Source: Patescibacteria group bacterium
GTDB lineage: Bacteria > Patescibacteriota > Minisyncoccia > Phycocordibacterales > DATDWN01
DNA: 64,000 bases
Assembly: GCA_040389125.1 (NCBI GenBank)
Contig: JAZKAN010000002.1
Location: 1,232-65,231, forward strand
Direction of reading: 5' to 3'
In this document: positions 44,090-53,608 of the stretch, piece by piece
Numbering within the stretch: position 1 is the first letter of the stretch
Layout: each line of letters begins with the position of its first letter
The notes under the pieces: generated by a model
What the model was told of the DNA's origin: nothing
Database searches by the model: none
The model's input: the letters and a program-made list of their open reading frames with translations, nothing else
Position numbers and translations under genes: made by a program

Positions 44090-44118
44090 TTGACTTTGTA
44101 TGCACACCGTGCTATGCT
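44090..44118 (+). promoter_or_regulatory. Sigma70-like promoter of the GC-rich unit
   Basis: TTGACT (44090-44095), 17-nt spacer, TATGCT (44113-44118). Confidence 0.5.
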
Positions 44119-44124
44119 TTACTC

Positions 44125-44499
44125 ATAATCGTTCATTAGAAGTATTGTAGTTGGGATGCAGTTGAGTGGGTTTGGAGGACTTGAGCCTTCGCCCACAATG
44201 GAGAATACCATGCACAACCGCGGATCCACGGCGCACGGCGCCTACGTCAACCATCATAGCGCCCATTTGAGCCATGTCCCGATGATCGTCACCACCGCGC
44301 GCGCCAACCATCGCAAGTAACCCGGCGCCGGCGGCCGGCGAGTGCGAGCGACCACACGGTCGCTGCGCTTGCCAGGCGAGAATGAGAAGTATTCCAGTCC
44401 GATCGCGGGCGCCAGCTTTGGGAAATATCGAAAGATAAAATCCCTAACGCTACGCCCGCAGGCCCCAGCCCCCGACCACAAATCGGGGGTGTTTTTTTG
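44125..44499 (+). other. GC-rich transcription unit of unknown function (short His-rich ORF or ncRNA), promoter to terminator
   Basis: This is visibly the most GC-rich stretch of the window. The ORF 44198-44320 encodes MENTMHNRGSTAHGAYVNHHSAHLSHVPMIVTTARANHRK with strongly G/C-biased third codon positions. The terminator is CCCCCGA..TCGGGGG followed by T7 (44469-44499). Confidence 0.3.
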
Positions 44500-44515
44500 T
44501 ATAAAAACTATTAAG

Positions 44516-44733
44516 TGAATAAATCCAGAATAATATAATTTTGGAAACTCCGGAAACGATTAGGAAACAACGACGAATGAAGAGGAGTCCGAAGCACTGT
44601 TTGAGCACAGGTACTCCTGGCGAGTTTGCGAGAGGACTCTGGAATGAGGACGATTGTTTCCTTGATCGTTGAGGTAGAGGAAAAAGTCACCAGACTTTTA
44701 TCCGTTTTTCAAAATTATATTATTCTGGATTCA
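44516..44733 (+). repeat. Nested-palindrome repeat, family C, copy 1
   Basis: The outer arm AATCCAGAATAATATAATTTTG pairs with CAAAATTATATTATTCTGGATT. The core CCGAAGCACTGTTTGAGCACAGGTACTCCTGGCGAGTTTGCGAGAGG is shared, in reverse complement, with 58384-58594. Confidence 0.7.
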
Positions 44734-44827
44734 TGAACCACTTTGTCCACAGCTCCCACTGTGTTTTTTATTTCCATATTCTTGTATACTTACTCTAGTA
44801 TTTGTGCGCGAATTCACACACTAACTC

Positions 44828-45433
44828 ATGGAACCAAAATTTCAAACATCGTTCATTCCAAAAAATTCAGGCACGATGGGATCGGGCAATATCATCGAGG
44901 CTGTTCACACCACAAACCTATTTACTGTTATTAGTTCGGTTGTATTTATCGCTACACTTCTCGCATCTGGCGGGGCATTTGCATACAAAAAATATTTAAC
45001 TGACCAAGTAAACAAAGCCAGCAGTGAACTCGGTAGCGCCACAGAAGCATTTGCACCAGATAAAATTCAAGAACTTGTAGACGCGAGTTCGCGTTTGGCC
45101 ACAACAAAACACCTACTCGTAAATCATGTGACCGTTTCAGAAGTTTTTAGTTTATTGCAGTCGCTTACTGTGTCCAAAGTTAGATTTACCAGTTTTGAAT
45201 TTTCAATAAAGGAAAATCACATGAGTGTCGCAATGGATGGTGAGTCGCAGACATACAATGCACTCGCCAACCAATCTGATGCGTTTTCACAGAATTCATT
45301 TATTATTGCCCCATTATTTTCAGATGTGAATCTGACAACCCAGGGAAATATCGGTTTCAAGTTTGTCGCGACGCTTAATCCCGATCTCGTATCCTACAAA
45401 AAAGCGATTGAAGCACTAAAATCAAACCCATAA
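44828..45433 (+). CDS. pilN: PilN-like pilus assembly protein
   Basis: 201 aa with a single TM helix, then a coiled region and an alpha/beta C-terminal domain. It lies between pilM and the pilO-like gene. Confidence 0.6.
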   Translation: MEPKFQTSFIPKNSGTMGSGNIIEAVHTTNLFTVISSVVFIATLLASGGAFAYKKYLTDQVNKASSELGSATEAFAPDKIQELVDASSRLATTKHLLVNHVTVSEVFSLLQSLTVSKVRFTSFEFSIKENHMSVAMDGESQTYNALANQSDAFSQNSFIIAPLFSDVNLTTQGNIGFKFVATLNPDLVSYKKAIEALKSNP

Positions 45434-45434
45434 T

Positions 45435-45983
45435 ATGAAAGCAATTCTTACCATTGTCATAGTTACCATCGGGATCGGAATGTATATTCTGTATATTAGT
45501 CCTACAATAGGTGACATACGGTCGTTGCAACAACAAAAAGATGAATACACTCGCACACTTGCTACATCCAAAGAACTCAAAATTCGTCGAGATACGCTCA
45601 TGGATGCATACAACAGTATTGCTCCGGCGGATTTGGATCGTTTGAATAAAATTATTCCAGTTACATTTGATCAAGTTCGTTTTGCAAAAGACATGTACGC
45701 TATTTCACAGCTTGATTCTATTTCAATAAAAAATATTAAGATTTCAACTGCACCAATAGATTCAGCGGGGAATATTGGGACAGCGGCAACAAACCCAGTA
45801 AGTTATAAAACTATTTCCGTTTCCTACACTGCCTCGGGGACGTATGACCAGTTTATTCGATATCTCCGGGACGTAGAACAGGATCTGCAACTTATGGATG
45901 TGACTTCGATAGTGGTCAAACCGTCCGACAAGAGTAATGTGTATGACTACGCAATGACACTTACAACTTATTCACTACGATAA
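45435..45983 (+). CDS. pilO: PilO-like pilus assembly protein
   Basis: 182 aa with an N-terminal TM helix, a coiled segment (SLQQQKDEYTRTLATSKELKIRRD) and a C-terminal ferredoxin-like region. Confidence 0.6.
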   Translation: MKAILTIVIVTIGIGMYILYISPTIGDIRSLQQQKDEYTRTLATSKELKIRRDTLMDAYNSIAPADLDRLNKIIPVTFDQVRFAKDMYAISQLDSISIKNIKISTAPIDSAGNIGTAATNPVSYKTISVSYTASGTYDQFIRYLRDVEQDLQLMDVTSIVVKPSDKSNVYDYAMTLTTYSLR

Positions 45984-45984
45984 T

Positions 45985-46374
45985 ATGGAATTTTTCACAA
46001 AAAACAAAAAAGTAATTATTGGCATCATCATTCTTATTGGTTTGATTTATTTTGGATACGCAACCGTTTTTTCAACTTCTTCGTCTGATATTGCCGAGGG
46101 GGATACACCAGCCGTTTTGCAGGACAGTGGACCAGCTAAAGAAATATTAAATGCAGTAGATAAATTCAAAAATGTATCAATAGACCCAGAAATATTTACA
46201 TCGGATTTGTTTAAAAATCTTAAAGATTTTACAAGTATTGTTACACCTGAACAACGAGGCAGATCAAATCCTTTTGCTGTGTTTGGTGCAATAAATAGCA
46301 CAACTGGTGCAGAAAACACTCCATTTCAAACTACGCCTGTACAATCTACAACCCGTTCCACTCGTAATATATAA
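45985..46374 (+). CDS. Pilus-cluster membrane-anchored protein, function unknown
   Basis: 129-aa ORF starting 1 nt after the upstream stop, with an N-terminal TM helix. Confidence 0.55.
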   Translation: MEFFTKNKKVIIGIIILIGLIYFGYATVFSTSSSDIAEGDTPAVLQDSGPAKEILNAVDKFKNVSIDPEIFTSDLFKNLKDFTSIVTPEQRGRSNPFAVFGAINSTTGAENTPFQTTPVQSTTRSTRNI

Positions 46375-46386
46375 CTGTCATATAGA

Positions 46387-48120
46387 ATGGATATAATCAA
46401 TTTACTCATTGAAAAAGGTTTACTAACTCCTGAACAGGTTACTGCGGTCAAGAAAGAAAGGGCACAAACAGGTATTACAGCAGAACAAGCCTTGCTTAAA
46501 CACGGTATCTCCCCAGAAGTCATTTTGAATGCAAAGGGAGAGTATTTTGAGGTGCCTGTACGTAGTCTAGAGGGGGTAGATGTTCCCGGGAAAGTGCTTG
46601 AGTATATTCCAGAGGAGTCCGCAAGACATTATAAATTTATTCCACTTGCGATTGTAGATGGCGCGCTCGAAATAGGTATGGTAGATCCAGATGATATTGA
46701 GGCACACGATGCACTCAACTTCATTTCTTCTAAAATTCAGATGCCGTTCAAAACCTTTATCATCACAGAAGAGGATTTTGAGAAAACAGTGGCGTTGTAC
46801 AAGGGTTTGTCGGGGGAAGTGTCAAAGGCACTTTCGGAACTCGAGAATGAACTCAAGATCGAGACATCATCTGTGGATATGGAAAAAAATAAGACAGATG
46901 CGGAAAATGATAAAGCGGACGGTGAAGCGACTAAAATTGCAGAGGATGCTCCGGTGACTAAAATTGTTGCGACAATACTCAGATATGCAACTGACGGCAA
47001 TGCATCCGATATTCACATTGAGCCATGGCGTGAAAATATTCGTGTACGTTTTCGTGTTGATGGTGTGATGAATACAAGTCTCGTACTGCCACTCAAAGTG
47101 CACTCGGCAGTTGTTGCGCGTATTAAAATCCTTTGTAATATGCGACTCGATGAAAAAAGAAAGCCCCAAGATGGTCGTTTTACCGCACGTATCGAGGGTA
47201 GAAAAATCGATTTTCGTGTTTCAACATTTCCAACATTTTTTGGTGAGAAAGTCGTGATGCGACTTCTCGACCAGGAAAAAGGTGTAAAAAAACTAGATCA
47301 GCTCGGTATTAGCAAGAAAAATTTGGAACTTATAAAAAAAGCAATTGATAAACCATACGGACTAATTCTTATTTCTGGACCGACCGGCTCTGGAAAAACG
47401 ACAACTCTGTATTCAATGCTAAACGAAGTTGATCGTGAGCATCAAAACGTACTTTCACTCGAAGATCCTATCGAATACAACATCGAGGGAATGTCTCAGT
47501 CGCAGGTTAAACCTGAAATAGGGTACACGTTTGGAGAGGGACTCCGAACAACCCTTCGTCAGGACCCTGACGTAATCATGGTGGGAGAGATTCGAGACAA
47601 AGAAACTGCGCAGTTGGCTATCCAAGCGGCTCTGACTGGTCACCTTGTGCTATCCACTATCCACACGAACTCGGCAGTCGGTGTGATTCCGCGTCTTATT
47701 GATATGGGAATTGATCCGTATCTTATTGCGCCGACTCTGATTCTGGCAATCGCTCAACGACTGGTGCTTGGACTCTGTCCTGGTGGGGGTGAGGCGTTAC
47801 CTATCGAAGGTAGTCTAAAAGCAATGATAGATGATCAGTTTAGTGACTTGCCTCAAAAATATATTGATGAACAGGAGTTTACAGACAAGGTCTATAAAGC
47901 AGTTCCAACTCCAGAATGTCCAAATGGTACTCGCGGACGAATTGCGGTGATGGAAGTTATGGAAATGGACAAGGAAATCGAGAGTGTGATTTTGAAAAGT
48001 GCAACAGAATTGGATATTACAAAAGTTGCACGTGCAAAAGGAATGCTCACAATGAAAGAAGACGCGATTTTGAAAGCAATGCAGAGAGTTATTCCTTTTG
48101 AAGAAGTGAGTACATTGTAG
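46387..48120 (+). CDS. pilB: Type IV pilus assembly ATPase PilB (GspE family)
   Basis: 577 aa with an N-terminal MshEN-like domain, Walker A GPTGSGKTTT, Asp and His boxes, and Walker B IMVGEIRD. Confidence 0.93.
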   Translation: MDIINLLIEKGLLTPEQVTAVKKERAQTGITAEQALLKHGISPEVILNAKGEYFEVPVRSLEGVDVPGKVLEYIPEESARHYKFIPLAIVDGALEIGMVDPDDIEAHDALNFISSKIQMPFKTFIITEEDFEKTVALYKGLSGEVSKALSELENELKIETSSVDMEKNKTDAENDKADGEATKIAEDAPVTKIVATILRYATDGNASDIHIEPWRENIRVRFRVDGVMNTSLVLPLKVHSAVVARIKILCNMRLDEKRKPQDGRFTARIEGRKIDFRVSTFPTFFGEKVVMRLLDQEKGVKKLDQLGISKKNLELIKKAIDKPYGLILISGPTGSGKTTTLYSMLNEVDREHQNVLSLEDPIEYNIEGMSQSQVKPEIGYTFGEGLRTTLRQDPDVIMVGEIRDKETAQLAIQAALTGHLVLSTIHTNSAVGVIPRLIDMGIDPYLIAPTLILAIAQRLVLGLCPGGGEALPIEGSLKAMIDDQFSDLPQKYIDEQEFTDKVYKAVPTPECPNGTRGRIAVMEVMEMDKEIESVILKSATELDITKVARAKGMLTMKEDAILKAMQRVIPFEEVSTL

Positions 48121-48153
48121 TATACTTTAGAAAATCTGTAATTATTAATTTTC

Positions 48154-48549
48154 ATGCCAACAGAAAATACACAAGTAAAAATACTACTGATAGATGATGA
48201 TAGATTTTTGCTTGATATGTATTCTATTAAGTTCAGTAAACATGGATTAAAAATCGATACTGCTTCATCAAGTATTTCTGCACTTGCTAAACTCCGTGCC
48301 GGGGAAACATACGATATTATTGTGCTTGATATTATTATGCCATCTATGGATGGACTCGAGCTTCTTGAAGTTATCAGAAAAGAAAAACTTGTGCCTACTG
48401 CAGTTGTAATTATGTTAACAAACCAAGCCGATGATTTAGAAAAAGCAAAATCCCTTGGAATTGATGGGTATATAATAAAGGCGATGAATATTCCGTCAGA
48501 GGTAGTGCGTCAAGTTATTCAAATTTATAAAACTAAAACACAATCATAA
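48154..48549 (+). CDS. Stand-alone response-regulator receiver domain (CheY-like)
   Basis: 131 aa with ILLIDDD, IIVLDIIMPSMDG and K at IIKA. There is no output domain. Confidence 0.9.
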   Translation: MPTENTQVKILLIDDDRFLLDMYSIKFSKHGLKIDTASSSISALAKLRAGETYDIIVLDIIMPSMDGLELLEVIRKEKLVPTAVVIMLTNQADDLEKAKSLGIDGYIIKAMNIPSEVVRQVIQIYKTKTQS

Positions 48550-49616
48550 TGGCACTGGATTACAAAAAAGAACTCGAGGATCTCATTGGCATTGTTCAAA
48601 AAGAAGATGCGTCAGATTTGCATTTGTCAGAAGGACGTCAGCCGATTATTCGTGTAGCAGGGTTTCTGATTACGCTCGTAAAACATCCGGTGTTGTCGCG
48701 AGTTGATATAAAGGGAATTCTCGATGAGCTACTCGAACCACAAAAAAAAGATATCTTTTTGGATAAAAAAGAAGTGGATTTTGCGTATGATCACAAAGAC
48801 GTTACTCGTTTTCGTGGAAATGCGTTTTTTAGAATTGGTAAAATCAGTATCGCACTACGCCTCATTCCAAAGAAAATCAAAACACTCGAGGAACTACAGT
48901 TGCCGGGAATACTTGAAACATTTGTAAATAAACAACAAGGATTTTTCCTGGTTGTAGGACCGACAGGCCAAGGAAAAAGTACAACTCTCGCTGCGATGGT
49001 TGAAATGATTAACGAAAGACGGCTTGAACATATTATCACCATTGAGGATCCAATTGAATATATTTTTGATTCCAAAAAATCTATTATTGATCAGCGTGAG
49101 GTACTTCAGGATACGCCGGATTTTCACTCTGCACTCAAGGGAATGTTTCGACAAGACACAGACGTGATGATGATTGGGGAAATGCGTACGCCAGAGACTA
49201 TTTCGACCGCTGTAACTGCGGCAGAAACTGGACATCTTGTGTTCTCGACGTTGCATACCAACACCGCTGCGCAGACTATTGCTCGTATTATTGACTCGTT
49301 TGGAAATGAGCAACAGGCTCAGATTCGTATGCAACTCTCTGCATCTCTGCTTGGTATTTTTTCGCAACGCCTTGTACCTCGTATTTCTGGAGGACTTATT
49401 CCCGCATGCGAACTCCTTATCAATAACAATGCGGTATCAAACCTGATCCGTGAAAATCGTACCCACGAGATCAATACAGTGATTGAAACGGGTATGGATA
49501 TCGGAATGATTGATCTGAACAGATACCTGAGCGAACTGGTACGAGCAGGGGAGATTACGGTGGAGAATGCATATTTGTATTCACAGGATCCAAAAAGTCT
49601 AGAACGTATGATTTAG
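48549..49616 (+). CDS. pilT: Twitching-motility retraction ATPase PilT
   Basis: 355 aa with ASDLHL, Walker A GPTGQGKSTT, MMIGEMR and GHLVFSTLHTN. Confidence 0.93.
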   Translation: MALDYKKELEDLIGIVQKEDASDLHLSEGRQPIIRVAGFLITLVKHPVLSRVDIKGILDELLEPQKKDIFLDKKEVDFAYDHKDVTRFRGNAFFRIGKISIALRLIPKKIKTLEELQLPGILETFVNKQQGFFLVVGPTGQGKSTTLAAMVEMINERRLEHIITIEDPIEYIFDSKKSIIDQREVLQDTPDFHSALKGMFRQDTDVMMIGEMRTPETISTAVTAAETGHLVFSTLHTNTAAQTIARIIDSFGNEQQAQIRMQLSASLLGIFSQRLVPRISGGLIPACELLINNNAVSNLIRENRTHEINTVIETGMDIGMIDLNRYLSELVRAGEITVENAYLYSQDPKSLERMI

Positions 49617-49651
49617 AGTTGAATATGATAAAATAAACTGCATAAGACACT

Positions 49652-50857
49652 ATGATTTATAAATACAAAGCTCTGACGCCAACAGGTGAAATTTCACAAG
49701 GAGAAGTTGAGGCAATCAATGTTGATGTTGCTATTGCCCAACTTCAGAAACGAGGCCTTGTTATTTCTGAGATTCATGGGGCAGAGGACAAGGGTATGAA
49801 AATTCCTGCCTTTGCATTTTTCAATGGAGTTTCTGTCAAAGATGTTGTGATTTTGTCTCGGCAAATGGCAACTCTGTTTCAGTCACAGGTGTCAGCGCTT
49901 CGCATCTTTCGCCTCATCGGCTCTCAGGTAGATAATGCAGAATTACAGAAACAACTGACTCAGATAGCCGATGATATTCAGGGAGGAAGTCCAATCTCTA
50001 CTGCTCTCGCTCGTCATCCAGATACTTTTTCTGCTTTTTATGTAAACATGGTTCGTGCCGGAGAGGAGTCTGGAAAACTAGACGAGACATTTAACTATCT
50101 CGCTGACTATCTAGACCGTACATATGAAGTCACTTCCAAAGCCAAAAATGCGCTGATCTACCCTGCATTCGTTATTGCCACATTTATTGGGGTTATGGTT
50201 ATTATGCTTACGGTTATTATTCCTAAAATCGCTCTGATGCTCACATCATCTGGTCAAGAAATACCTATCTATACCAGAATCGTTCTCGGTATCAGTAATA
50301 TATTTGTGAATTATGGAATATTTCTTGCTATTGCTGTTGTCATTTTAGGGTTTATGTACTGGAAATATTCAAAAACAGAAACTGGCGCGATAAATCTGGA
50401 TAAAATACGTTTGGATATCCCATATCTCGGGGATTTGTATCGAAAACTCTATCTTTCTCGTATTGCGGACAACCTAAATACTATGATTATCAGTGGTATT
50501 CCGATTTTGCGCGCACTGGAAATCACATCTGCAGTGGTAGAAAACCGGATTTATAAGGCAATTCTCGATAGGACACTGACAGAGGTTAAAGGGGGTAGCT
50601 CTCTTTCAGCCTCATTCGGCCAGTACAAGGAAATTCCAGGTATTATGGTTCAGATGATAAAAGTGGGAGAAGAAACTGGAGAGGTCGGTAATATTTTGAA
50701 AACGCTTGCCAAATTCTATCAACGCGAAGTAACTACATCTGTGGACACTCTCGTAGGACTTATTGAACCGGTCATGATTGTGGCACTCGGTGCAGGGGTG
50801 GGAATACTCCTTGCTGCAGTACTCATGCCTATCTACAACATCGCCTCAGCGGGATAG
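49652..50857 (+). CDS. pilC: Type IV pilus platform protein PilC (GspF family)
   Basis: 401 aa with duplicated T2SSF domains and three TM segments. Confidence 0.92.
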   Translation: MIYKYKALTPTGEISQGEVEAINVDVAIAQLQKRGLVISEIHGAEDKGMKIPAFAFFNGVSVKDVVILSRQMATLFQSQVSALRIFRLIGSQVDNAELQKQLTQIADDIQGGSPISTALARHPDTFSAFYVNMVRAGEESGKLDETFNYLADYLDRTYEVTSKAKNALIYPAFVIATFIGVMVIMLTVIIPKIALMLTSSGQEIPIYTRIVLGISNIFVNYGIFLAIAVVILGFMYWKYSKTETGAINLDKIRLDIPYLGDLYRKLYLSRIADNLNTMIISGIPILRALEITSAVVENRIYKAILDRTLTEVKGGSSLSASFGQYKEIPGIMVQMIKVGEETGEVGNILKTLAKFYQREVTTSVDTLVGLIEPVMIVALGAGVGILLAAVLMPIYNIASAG

Positions 50858-51037
50858 AATTCATGGTTTATCCACAGAGAGACTTCTCATTCATTGTATA
50901 TAGCCGTATAATAGACTACATACGTTTGAATACTAATGTATTCTTTCGGGAAGTGAGGTTTCTCTACAAAGAGAGCAGTGGTCGAAAACAATAAAAATCA
51001 GTCATTACAAGAATTTAATAATTTACATATTTAATTT

Positions 51038-51493
51038 ATGAAAAAGAGTCTTTCACGAGGTTTCACACTCATTGAACTTTTGGTTGTTATCGCTATCATC
51101 GGTATCTTGTCATCAGTTGTTCTCGCATCACTCAACACAGCACGAACAAAGGGTGCAGATGCAGCTATAAAGAGCAACCTAAACAATACACGTGCTCAGG
51201 CAGAACTTATATATGACCCAGCAGGTTCATATGCAACTGTTTGTGCTGATACAACAACAATTCAGAAAGCTATGGCAGCGGCTCATGTTGCTGCAGGTCT
51301 CACTGGTGCAGATACATACGCTTTTGCTACAGCAGGAACTTCTAACACTGTTGCTTGTCAGTCACAGGCTGGTTCATGGGCTATTGAAGCGCCTCTAAAG
51401 GGAGGTGGATACTGGTGTGTAGATAGTACAGGATTTTCTGGAGCACGAGTAAGTGTTCTTGCAGCATCTGCAGGTGCTTGCCCAGCTACATGA
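51038..51493 (+). CDS. Type IV pilin (prepilin N-terminal cleavage/methylation motif)
   Basis: The N-terminus MKKSLSRG/FTLIELLVVIAIIGILSSVVLASL is a class III signal. A C-terminal Cys pair is present. Confidence 0.88.
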   Translation: MKKSLSRGFTLIELLVVIAIIGILSSVVLASLNTARTKGADAAIKSNLNNTRAQAELIYDPAGSYATVCADTTTIQKAMAAAHVAAGLTGADTYAFATAGTSNTVACQSQAGSWAIEAPLKGGGYWCVDSTGFSGARVSVLAASAGACPAT

Positions 51494-51521
51494 TTCTGTG
51501 TTCGACTATTTAGTTAGTAAT

Positions 51522-51547
51522 AAAAAAACCGGCTTGCCGGTTTTTTT
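51522..51547. terminator. Strong intrinsic terminator after the first pilin
   Basis: AAAAAAACCGG, loop CTTG, CCGGTTTTTTT. The flanking TAGTTAGTAAT/ATTACTAACA extends the palindrome. Confidence 0.85.
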
Positions 51548-51623
51548 ATTACTAACAGTGGACAGGGTTTCTATAATAAAAATATAGTATATAATATATA
51601 TTGAATTTGGTTATATACCTGAC

Positions 51624-52046
51624 ATGCATCATTCGCGCACACATGGATTTACACTCATTGAACTTTTGGTAGTTATCTCAATCATTGGGGTATTGAGTTC
51701 TATTGTCCTTGCTTCACTAACAAATGCACGAAGCAAAGGAGCGGATTCTGCTATAAAATCTAATTTAAATAATATACGTTCGCAGGCAGAATTGTCCTAT
51801 GATAACGGTGCAAATGGATATCAAGGTGCATGTACATTTGGAAATAATACTGATTTGTACAATGCTGCAAAAGCCGCTGCAGGGTGTGGAGGAGCAACGT
51901 GTGGGGCGTGTGCAAACAGTACTGGTGCGTGGTCAGTGTGGGTTCAACTCAAAACGGTTCCTGCAGATGCCTGGTGTGTGGATTACAAGGGGAGCGCTAA
52001 AACAGTCAGTCCAAAACCTGCTGCCCCTATAACTTCCTGCCCCTAG
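51624..52046 (+). CDS. Type IV pilin, second paralogue
   Basis: The N-terminus is MHHSRTHG/FTLIELLVVISIIGVLSSIVLASL. Confidence 0.88.
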   Translation: MHHSRTHGFTLIELLVVISIIGVLSSIVLASLTNARSKGADSAIKSNLNNIRSQAELSYDNGANGYQGACTFGNNTDLYNAAKAAAGCGGATCGACANSTGAWSVWVQLKTVPADAWCVDYKGSAKTVSPKPAAPITSCP

Positions 52047-52109
52047 TCTCCAAAAGGTTATCGGGATAACCTTGTTTCTCTCGCAGTGTATTTACTATAT
52101 AATACAAAC

Positions 52110-52967
52110 ATGGATATATTGTCTTACGTTTATATTTTTATTTTTGGAATGCTTATTGGTAGTTTTATAAACGTGGTTGCACTGCGATATGGTACAGGAC
52201 TTTCTCCGTCTCAGGGACGCTCTATTTGTTTTTCTTGTAATAAAACTTTGCGGTGGTATGAACTCATTCCTCTTTTTAGTTTTCTGTTTCAACGTGGCAA
52301 ATGTCGCGAGTGTCACAGTCCACTCTCGTGGCAGTATCCGATTGTTGAATTTTTATCCGGGATTTTGTTTGTAGTTATTGCTCTGCGTCAGGTAGCACTG
52401 TGGCCTATTTATAGTGTGTTTCAGTATGGACTAATATATTCGGCATCCTTCTTTTTTTACTATGCGTTTATATTCAGCCTCTTATTTGTCATTGTCATAT
52501 ACGATATTAAACACAAAATAATTCCTGACAAACTCGTCTATACATTTATAGGAGTTAGTCTTTTTAAATTGGTTTTATTTTTCGTGCTGATGGGATCTAC
52601 GGCAAGCACGGTGAATATACTGGATTTGTTTGCACCTATTGTGTTGTTTGTTCCGTTTGCACTCTTGTGGTTTGTTTCGCAGGGGAAGTGGATAGGATTT
52701 GGAGATGCTAAATTGGCTTTTGGTATTGGAGCACTCCTTGGATTTGTTTCTGGAATCTCTGCAATAATTCTTGCATTTTGGATTGGAGCAGTGTGGAGTA
52801 TCGGCATGCTCATCCTGAGTCGTATTCATGCGTATCATAACCAAAGTGTCGGAATGAAAACAGAAATACCGTTTGCACCGTTTCTCATTCTTGCTACGGT
52901 TGTACTTTTTTTCTGCCACATCGATATTCTCGGATTGGGAACATTTCTCAATTTCTTTACTCAATAA
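52110..52967 (+). CDS. pilD: Prepilin peptidase PilD (A24 family)
   Basis: ATG at 52110. Zn-binding CFSC...CREC, multi-pass membrane protein, with GFGDAKL carrying a catalytic Asp. Confidence 0.9.
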   Translation: MDILSYVYIFIFGMLIGSFINVVALRYGTGLSPSQGRSICFSCNKTLRWYELIPLFSFLFQRGKCRECHSPLSWQYPIVEFLSGILFVVIALRQVALWPIYSVFQYGLIYSASFFFYYAFIFSLLFVIVIYDIKHKIIPDKLVYTFIGVSLFKLVLFFVLMGSTASTVNILDLFAPIVLFVPFALLWFVSQGKWIGFGDAKLAFGIGALLGFVSGISAIILAFWIGAVWSIGMLILSRIHAYHNQSVGMKTEIPFAPFLILATVVLFFCHIDILGLGTFLNFFTQ

Positions 52968-52968
52968 T

Positions 52969-53607
52969 ATGAAACATACTTTACGATCCGGTTTTACACT
53001 GATTGAGCTCATGGTCACTATGGGTATTGTCACTGTTATCATGTCAATCGTGCTGTTTAGCTATTCGCGTTTCAATGACCGTCTGGCACTGACTACTGCT
53101 GCACAGGAACTAGCTATCACAATCCGCCAGGCTCAGTCGTATGGTCTCAATGTAAAAGAGTCAGGAGTCGGCAATGGCCAGTTTACATCTGCATATGGAA
53201 TATATTTTAATCCTCCGCACGCAGCATCTGCGTATGCAGGAGATCCCACGCATTATGTCCTCTTTGTTGATAATCAGACAGTAAACAAAACATATAATAG
53301 TGGATCTGGAACCTGCGGTAGTAGTTCGACCGAATGTGTAGAAATAGTGACACTCCGAAATGGTGTAACTATTTCTGCGGTGTGTGATGGTGCTGGAGAA
53401 TGTCCTCCTACTCGTGGTAGTGGAGGTACGCGCGCACTTAGTATTACATTTCTTCGTCCGAACCCAGATGCTGATATTAATTTTATCAACGCAGGTGGAA
53501 ATATTTTATTAGGTGGAGAGCCAACAGGAAAAGTGGTGCTCAAATCTCCTCAGGGCAATACGATAATGGTGGTGGTGGAGAAAACGGGTCAGATATCAAT
53601 CCAATAG
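52969..53607 (+). CDS. Minor pilin / pseudopilin
   Basis: ATG 52969 gives MKHTLRSG/FTLIELMVTMGIVTVIMSIVLF. Confidence 0.8.
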   Translation: MKHTLRSGFTLIELMVTMGIVTVIMSIVLFSYSRFNDRLALTTAAQELAITIRQAQSYGLNVKESGVGNGQFTSAYGIYFNPPHAASAYAGDPTHYVLFVDNQTVNKTYNSGSGTCGSSSTECVEIVTLRNGVTISAVCDGAGECPPTRGSGGTRALSITFLRPNPDADINFINAGGNILLGGEPTGKVVLKSPQGNTIMVVVEKTGQISIQ

Positions 53608-53608
53608 T

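Noticed and set aside
44125-44499. The GC-rich unit considered as RNase P RNA, SRP RNA or 6S RNA.
   Set aside because: I could not find the universally conserved RNase P CR-I/CR-V strings (GAGGAAAGUCC, ACAGAAxCCGGCUUA) or the SRP domain IV motif (GGAA tetraloop with AGCA/GNAR loops). The size and shape do not fit 6S. A cmscan run is needed to be sure.
51038-52046. The two pilin paralogues considered as a diversity-generating retroelement VR/TR pair.
   Set aside because: The similarity is confined to the conserved class III signal and N-terminal helix. There is no adenine-specific mismatch pattern, no reverse transcriptase and no Avd-like gene in the window.
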